DNA of 64,000 bases, taken from NCBI RefSeq assembly GCF_009914755.1, contig NC_060927.1. One strand, given 5' to 3'. The position numbers and the translations under genes are program-made. The stretch is from the human T2T-CHM13v2.0 reference genome, Homo sapiens. Below, in pieces: positions 53,413 through 64,000 of the stretch; the stretch's first letter is position 1; the number at the start of each line of letters is the position of its first letter. Below the pieces are notes generated by a model. That model was given only the letters and a program-made list of their open reading frames with translations. It made no database searches and was not told where the DNA came from.

Positions 53413-55387
53413 CACACAAACCTAAGACTTTTGAGGCCTTAATGAAACTTTATCTGTGCCCAGTCTATGGTGCTAACTTGAAGGTCTGTCTCTAGGGAGG
53501 TTCTGAACTATCTGACAGGCTTTACCAAGGTGACCAGGCTTCTCCTTTCTTAGGCAATAAGGAACCTTCAAAGGTCTCTATTGGCCTCTGTACTGGCTGA
53601 AGAGATAAATTCACAGAAAAAGCATCTCTTCATTAGCTTCATCTATTTCAAGAACTTATTCAAAACACTGAAGAGATTGTCCCTGCATCCTAACTTCTGG
53701 TCCTCTCATCTAACCTCCCTCTGCGATGGAGTCTGGATAGTCAATGCTGAGGACCAGGTAAAGCTTGAAAGGAAAAGAGTCACTTGCTTCATGATCTAGG
53801 TCCTGGAGCAGATATTGATAACGAATTGTCTGATAGCTAAACACATAACTATATTAATCCTCTTGGTTATAAGTATCTATGATGTTCTCAGAATACTTTT
53901 TATGATAATTTCTAATAACGTTGTGATGTTTTCTCCTAATTCAACAAGTTTTCTCTTATACATCGTGGAAACATTTCTCACCTAGACTTCCTACAGACTC
54001 ATTTCCAAAATTCTTCAAATTTGTAGCAGATATCTCAGGAAACTGGGGTATAAAATAATAAGGATACTAACTTATTCTTTTCAGAAAAGTAAATTAATTT
54101 TTTTGCAAATAAGGTCATACTAAATGGTTTCTTCCAACTCATTCCAGCTAGAATGAGTACCTTGGACAAGTTTACCTACACAAAAGTTACAGGCAAAGGA
54201 AGAGGCATATGCTGGTTATTCTAGAACGATAGTACCAGAACGAGGCCAGTTAAGTAAAGCCACTTCAAAATAATACCAAATTTCATATTAAAGAGCAGGA
54301 GGAAAGATTGAAACAACATCTTAAAAAGTAAATTATGAAACCAAGATGTATTTTATTTTACGTTTAACAAAATTTAAGTTATACTGCAACATTGCCCTGG
54401 TAACTAGAGCAAAGCAAGAATAAACTCTGCTGACATTTTTGGAACACTTTTTCTGAAAAAATATTCATATAACATGATCCAATTCTTTCTTTACTTTTGA
54501 TTTTGCAAGAAAAAGAGGTTTATTTTTGTGAATATATTGGAAGGATTCATTATTTTTTCCCAAAGTTCTCTCCTATTCTTTGTTTTTCCAAACATACCTT
54601 CATCATTTTCCTTGTTAACACTCTCTTCCTTCATTGTCAGGTGACCTATTTCTGCCTGAGTCTTGTTTGTCATATTCCACCAGCTCAGCTCCATCACTTT
54701 CAATAACTTCATAAAATTCTACAACTTCAGCCAGATTTGCAAGTTTGTTTCACAAATAAATAATATTTGCCTTGTAATACGGAATCTTCACGTCAGCAAG
54801 GAATGGACTAACAAAGAGGAATTCCAGAGAAGCAGATATACACAAGAGATCTCTGAATAGAGGTCAATTTTATAAGAGGTCAATTAATTAGAGAATATGA
54901 TAATGTTTTGACAACTTCCCTACACAGCTCATAACAACCTGGTCTTGGATACCAACGCCCTTTGTACTTACCCGTTCAGGCAGATGAGATGGAAATGGAA
55001 TCAAACTCTACTACACACAAATGACGTCACGAGAGAAAAAAAGATTGGAAGACCACAATTTGTTTCCATATCTTGCCACACCTTGAGATTCGTTACCAGG
55101 AGTAACAATTCAAGAGAGCTGACTAGGGGCATTTTGTACTTGCTTCCTCCACTAAGAAGAACCAATATAGTGAGTAGATAATTATGCTTCAAATAGGTCA
55201 CCCAAGAGAGAATACTGGAATTCAGTAGAAAAGTGGCAGGCAATACCTAAAGTAAAGAAGGAGAAGGAAGTAAGGAAGCCTGCTTAGCCAAGATCAGCTG
55301 TGAGCCAAGGGAGACTACAATACAGGGAAAGGGTGAGTGAGAGACCCTCAGTAGTCCACATTATCACCATGGACTCCTGCAATCCTA

Positions 55388-55711
<324 letters not shown>

Positions 55712-57205
55712 GAACTTTGTCTTCAATAGACTGAATGCTATCCTGCAACCCAGTAGCACCAGGGCTGAGGTGCGGGAGAAGCATGAGCTGCTGCCCTCAG
55801 GGCTTAGGCACAAGCAACCGTGGGCTACCATACCCAGGTAGGAGGCACGATCAAGATGCAGGCTACAACCAGGGCTGAGCAAGGCACCATTCTAGAGCCC
55901 TACCCCCAACAGAGTATGCACTATCCTGGAAGCCAGCAGTGCTGGGACAGAGGTGCAAGAGAAGAGCTGGCTGTTGACCCCAGGGCTTAGGAACAAGCAA
56001 CCGTGGGCTACCATACCTGGGGCTGAGGCACAAGTGGCACACATGCTTAACATCTGCTGGCCTAGGCTGCCATCACTAAAAACATTGCCTCTCCACCAAC
56101 ACCACCCAGTGGCATTCTGCCAGTGGCCTAGAGGTTGCCCCATTCCTGCCTACCATGGCCAACACCTGTACACACAACTGCAGGGCCCTGAGGACCAGCC
56201 AGCCTAGCCCAGCTTCACCCTCCCCTCCATGCCAGAGCATACAGTCCAAGGGCCAGGGGATTGCCCAGCCTAGTCTACCACCACTGGCACCTAAACCCTC
56301 CTCCCAAGGGCCTGAAGTTGAGCTTACCCACCAAGCCACTACAACCACAGCTGGCACCTACCAGCATGTGCTGCCTGCAGGCCTGGAGACTAGTGTGCCT
56401 AGCCCATTGCAGCCACCACCAACACCAGCATGCATTACTTGGGACTTAGAGGTTAGTCCTACAACTGCCACTACCATCACTCAAACATACCAGCTGCTCA
56501 GGGGCATGAGAACCCTTCTACCTGTCCAGCCCATGGTTGTCACTACTGGCATCCAAGTAAGCCACTTGGAGGCCCAAGAATAGACCCAACTGGACCTGCT
56601 AACACTAGTGGCAGTGTATGCCATCTAGGGTCCCCAGGATAGGCATGCTATCCCACTGATGCCTCCCCAGGAGACTGAAGACTAGCCTACCTTGTGTCCC
56701 AGTCTCCACCAAAACTACACCCCAGCCTCCAATAATAACTACAGCCTAAGCCACTGGGGAAATCTCAGATATCACTGACACTGTTTATAGAGAAAGAAAT
56801 CATACAGAGACTGCACAACTGTACTCACCCAGAATCAAAACCAAAGTACCCTACCCAACCAACATTATAGATTCATCCTCAGGAAAAAATCTTCCCATAT
56901 GAAAGCCAATTTTAAAAATTAGAAGTGACTATTATACCAGATGTGCAGATGTCAGTGTAAGAACACAGGAAACATGAAAAAGAAAGGAAATATGACACCT
57001 CCAAAGGAGAACAATGATTATCCAACAATAGATCCCAATCAAAAATAAATTCAGAAAATCATGGAAAAAGAATTCAAATTGTTTCAAAAGAAGTTCAGTG
57101 AGATATAAGAAAAGTCCAAAAAATATAAATAAATCAGAAAAACAATTCAGGATACAAATTAGAAATTTACCAAAAACATAGATATCTTAAAAAAAGAACC
57201 AAAGT

Positions 57206-57598
<393 letters not shown>

Positions 57599-60065
57599 CT
57601 AGGTAGAAAATCAACAAAGAAACGTTGGATTTAAACTGGACATTAGACCAAATGAACATAACAGACATTAACAGGACATTTTATCCAACAACTCAACAAC
57701 TGCAAAATACAGTTCTTCTCCTCAGTACATAGAACATTCTCCATGATAGACCATGTTAGGCTAAAAAGTAAGTCTCAACACATTTTTAAAAAGTGAAATC
57801 ATATCAAGTATCTTCTCAGAGCAGAATGGAATAAAACTAAAAATCAATAACAAGAGGAACTTTGGAAACTACACAAATACATGGAAATTAAACATTTGCT
57901 CCTGAATGACCATTGAGTCAATAAAGAAACTAAAATGTAAATAGAAAAATTTCTTGAAACAAATGAATGTGGAAACACGACATACCAAAACCTGTAGGAC
58001 AAAGCAAATGCTGTACTAAGAAGGAAGTTTATAGCAATAAAATGCTTACATCAAAAAAGTAGAAAGATTTTAAACAATCTAATAATACACCTCAAGATAC
58101 TAGAAAGGCAAGAACAAACCAAACCCCAAATTAGCAGAAGGAAAGAAACAAAAAAGATCAGAGCAGAATTAAACAAAATAGAGGCTAAAAAACAACACAA
58201 AGCATCAATAAAACAAAAAGTTGGTTCTTCAAAAAGATAAACAAATTAATGAATCGCTAGCTAGACTAACAAAGACGGAAAGACCCAGACCAAAATCAGA
58301 AATGGGAAAGGAGATATTACAACTGACAACACAAAAATACAAAAGATCATCAGAGACTATTATGAACAATTATATGCTAACAAACTGAAAAACCTAGAGG
58401 AAATGGATAAATTCCTAGAAACTACAACTTCCCAAGGTTGAAGCAGGAAGAAATAAAAAAACAACAGACCAATAATGAGTAGCAAGATTAAATAAGTAAT
58501 AAAAATTCTCTTAAAAATGAAAAGCCTAGGACTGGTGGATTCACTGCTGAATTCTACCAAACATATAAGGAAGAACTAATATCAATCCTCCTGAAACTAT
58601 TCCAGAAAATTGAAGAGGAAGGAATTCTCTCTAACTCATTGTGTGAGGCCAGCATTACCCTAATAACAAAACAAGACAAGAATAGAACAAAAACCATGAA
58701 AACTATAGAACAGTATCCCTAATGAACATAGATGTAAAAATCCTCAACAAAGTACTAGCAAACCAAATTAAATAGCGTATCAGAAAGATAATACATTATG
58801 ACCAAGTGGGATTTACACCAGGGAAACAAGAATGGTTTGGCATGCAAAAGTAAATAAATGTTATACATCACATCAACAGAATGAACGATAAACAACATAT
58901 GATCATCTCAATAGATGCAGAAAAAGCATTTGATAAAATCCAATATCCTTCCTGATTAAAAACTCTCAACAAACTACGCATAGAAGGAACATACCTCAAC
59001 ATAATAGAGGCCATATAGAAAAATATCAACTTCAGCCAATATCATACTGAAGGTTTTTCCTCCAAGAAATGGAACATGACAAGGCTGTCTACCTGCACCA
59101 CTCAAATTCAACATAGTACTGGAAGTCCTAGCCAGAACAATAAGTCAAGACAAAGAAATAAAAGGCATCCACATTTGGGGGGGGGGAAAGGAAGATGTAC
59201 CTCTTTGCAGATGACAGGATCTTATATTTAGAAAAACCAAAGACTCAGGTATGAAAACTAAATTCAGTAAAGTTGCAGGATACAAAATCAACCTACAAAA
59301 ATCAGTAGAATTTTTATACACCAACAATGAAATAGCTGAAAAAGAAATCAAGAGGACAATCCTATTTCCGATAGCTACCAAAAAAATAAAATACCTAGAA
59401 AAATAATGTGACCAACGAGGTAAAAGATGTCTACAAGGAAAACTACAAAACACTGATGAAAGAAACTAAGGAGGACACAAAGGAAAGACATTCCATGCTC
59501 GTGGATCAGAATATCATTAAAATGACCATACTACCCAAAGTAATATACAGATTCAATGCAATCCCTATCAAAAGATCATATTTCACAGAAATAGAAAAAA
59601 AAAGAAATAAAATTCATATGAAACAAAAAAAGAACCAGAAGAGCCAAAGCAATCCTGAGCAAAAGAACAAAGCAGGACCCATCACACTACCTGACTTCAA
59701 AATATATTACAAGGCCATAGTAACCAAAACAGCATGGTAATGGTATAAAACCAAACATATAGACTGATGGAACAGAATAGAGAACCCCAAAACAAATCCA
59801 CATATTTACAGCCAATTGATTTTTAACAAAGGCACCAAGAATATTCACTGCAAAAAGGACACCCTCTTCAATAAATGGTGCAGAAGAAATTGGATATCAG
59901 TATGCAGAAGAATGAAACTGGACCCCTATCTCTCTCTCACCATATACAAAAATCAACACAAGATGGATTAAAGACTTAAACATTAAGATTCAAAACTATG
60001 AAACTACTAACTAAAAACAGAAAACACTTTCCTATGAAACATAGGAAGGTGTAGGCAAAGATTTT

Positions 60066-61030
60066 TTTTTAGGGTTTTGATTGCTAGTTTTTAATGTTTT
60101 TCTTCTTTTATTATTATACTTTAAGTTCTAAGGTACATGTGCACAACGTGCAGGTTTGTTACATGGGTATATATGTGCCATGTTTGTTTGCTGCACCCAT
60201 CAACTCATCATTTACATCAGGTATTTCTCCTAATGCTATCCCTCTCCCAGCCCCCCAACAGGCTCCGGTATGTGATCTTCCGCTCCCTGTGTCCATGTAT
60301 TCTCATAGTTCAACTCCCACTTATGAGTGAGGACATGCGGTGTTTGGTTTTCTGTCCTTGTAATATTTTACTGAGAAGGATGGTTTCCAGCTTCATCCAC
60401 GTCCCTGCAAAGGACATGAACTCATCATTTTTATGGCTGCATAGTACTCCACGGTGTATATGTGCCACATTTTCTTTATCCAGTCTATTATTGATGGACA
60501 TTTGGATTGGTTCCAAGTCTTTGCTATTGTGAATAGTGCCGCAATAAACATACCTGTGCATGTGTCTATAGTAGAATGATTTATAATCCTCTGGGTACAT
60601 ACCCAGTAATGGGGATTGCTGGGTCAAATGGTATTTCTAGTTCTAGATCCTAGAGGAATTGCCACACTGTCTTCCACAATGGTTGAACTAATTTACACTC
60701 CCACCAACAGTGTAAAAGTGTTCCTGTTTCTCCACATCCTAAGTTATTTCCTGACTTTTTAATGATTGCCATTCTAACTGGCGTGAGATAATATCTCATT
60801 GTGGTTTTGATTTGCATTTCTCTGATGACCAGTGATGATGAGCATTTTTGCATATGTCTGTTGGCTGCATAAATGTCTTCTTTTGAGAAGTGTCTGTTCA
60901 TATCCTTTGCCCTCTTTTTGATGGGCTTGTTTTTTTCTTGTAAATTTGTTGGAATTCTTTGTAGATTCTGGATATTAGCCCTTTGTCAGATGGCTAGATT
61001 GCAAAAATTTTCTCCCATTCCGTAGGTTGT
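60066..61030 (-). mobile_element. 5'-truncated L1PA inserted antisense in the host L1
   Basis: L1PA 3' end ttattatactttaagttct...; 18-bp TSD ggt(g/c)taggcaaagatttt at 60048-60065 and 61031-61048. Confidence 0.93.
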
Positions 61031-61288
61031 GGTCTAGGCAAAGATTTTATGGCTAAGACCTCAAAAGCACAGACATTAAAACAAAAATAGACAAATAGAA
61101 CTATAATATACTAAAAACTTCTGCACAGCAAAGGAAGCAATCAAGAGAGTGAAGAGACAACCTGTTAAATAGGAGAAAATATTTACAAACTATTCATCAA
61201 CAAGCGACTAATATCCAAAATATACAAGGAACTCAAACAGCTCAATAGCAAAAAATAAGCAAATTATACCATTAAAAAGTGGGCAAAG

Positions 61289-62687
<1,399 letters not shown>

Positions 62688-64000
62688 AAGTGGGCAAAGG
62701 ACATGAATTGGCAACTCTCAAAAGAAGACATACAAATAGCCAACAAGTATATGAAAAAAAGTTCAACATCACTAATCATCAGAGAAATGCAAATCAAAAC
62801 TACAGTGAGATATCATCTTACCCCAGTTAGAACAGCTATGATTAAAAGACAAAAAACTAACAGATGAGGATGTGGGTAAGAGGGAACTCATACACTGTTT
62901 GTGGGAATGCAAATTAGTACAACTGCTGTGGAGAACCTTATGACGATTTCTCAAAAAAATAAAAATAGAACCACATGATCCAGCAATTCTGCTACTGGGT
63001 ATCTATCCAAAGAAAAAGAAATCAGTATAACAAAGGGATACTTGCACTCACATGTTTATTGCAGCACTGTTCACAAAAGCAAAGATATGGAATCAACCTT
63101 AGTGTACACCAACAAACAAATGAATTTTTAAAATGTAGTATATATATAAAATGAAACATTATTTGGCCATAAAAAAGAAAAAAATCACATCATTTATAGC
63201 AACATGGATGGAACTGGAAGGCATTATGTTAAGTGAAATAACCCAGGCATAGAAAGACAAATATTATGTGGTCTCACTCATACATGGGAGCTTAAAAAAA
63301 GTCAGTCTCATAAAGATAGAGAGTAGAATAATAGATACCAGAGTCCAGGAAGGGTGGGTGAGTGCAAGGGGGGATAAACAGGTAGGTTAACGGGTACAAA
63401 TGTATTGTTAGATGAAAGGTATGAGTTCCATCATTTGACAGCAGAATCGCGTGACTATAGTTAACAACAATGTATTGTCTATTTCAAAGTAGCTAGAAGA
63501 GAGTTCTCAACACATAGAACTGACAAATCCTCAAAGTGATGTGGGCACCTCAAATACCCTGACTTGATCATTACACATTCTATGTATGTAACAAAATACC
63601 ACATGTACCCCATAAATATGTAAAATATTATATAGCAGTATATTATAAATAAATACTATTATAAAAGGATTTTTTTAAAGATTAGTTACCATTGTGTAAC
63701 TAGCAGTAACCCCAGGCTCAGGGATGATACTTTCCCTTGTCCTTTGAGATTTACTGTGAGGTATTTGCAGTGTTACCTTATCTGACTCTGGATTAACAAG
63801 TCTTTTCCAGTTTCAGATGCCATCTGGCAATTTCATTCTGAGAATGGGGGAGTAATCACAAATCAATCTTAGGAAAACACAGAAAGGAGGTGTCCACAAA
63901 TGTGATTTAGGGAAAAGCTGGAGTTGGGGTAAGTAAAATAGAAGAGGAACATTATCACCAATTGGGTAGACATTGAGAAATGAGTTGAAAGGGGTCACAC

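Noticed and set aside
55745-56035. Repeat of about 180 bp (cagggcttagg...caagcaaccgtgggctaccatacc x2) as a novel element
   Set aside because: It lies within the L1 5' region, where internal tandem repeats are expected
63814-63826. Palindromic double E-box CAGATG-C-CATCTG
   Set aside because: A single 13-bp motif with no other support; plausible by chance in 64 kb

Overview
Primate (almost certainly human) genomic DNA covering the middle of NEK10 (NIMA-related kinase 10) on the minus strand. I traced 17 consecutive coding exons between 44417 and 6756. All have GT-AG boundaries and matching phases, and they splice into one open frame of 1652 nt (about residues 121-672 by my recalled numbering). 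This covers the armadillo-repeat region and the kinase domain up to the catalytic loop HRDLTPNN. The start codon and the DFG exon lie outside the window. The introns contain about 15 Alu elements or fragments, a full THE1 MaLR provirus, solo LTRs, L2/MIR, MER DNA transposons, a 33-nt U2 snRNA retrocopy and a nested L1 cluster at 55-63.6 kb. I see no prokaryote-type or wholly novel gene system. The most notable items are a microhomology-bounded templated insertion, two independent L1PA insertions breaking at the same L1 coordinate, an Alu-flanked exon pair that could circularise into an endless ORF, a latent in-frame splice donor, and two transcription-factor motif clusters. Repeat subfamily names come from remembered consensus sequences and are approximate.
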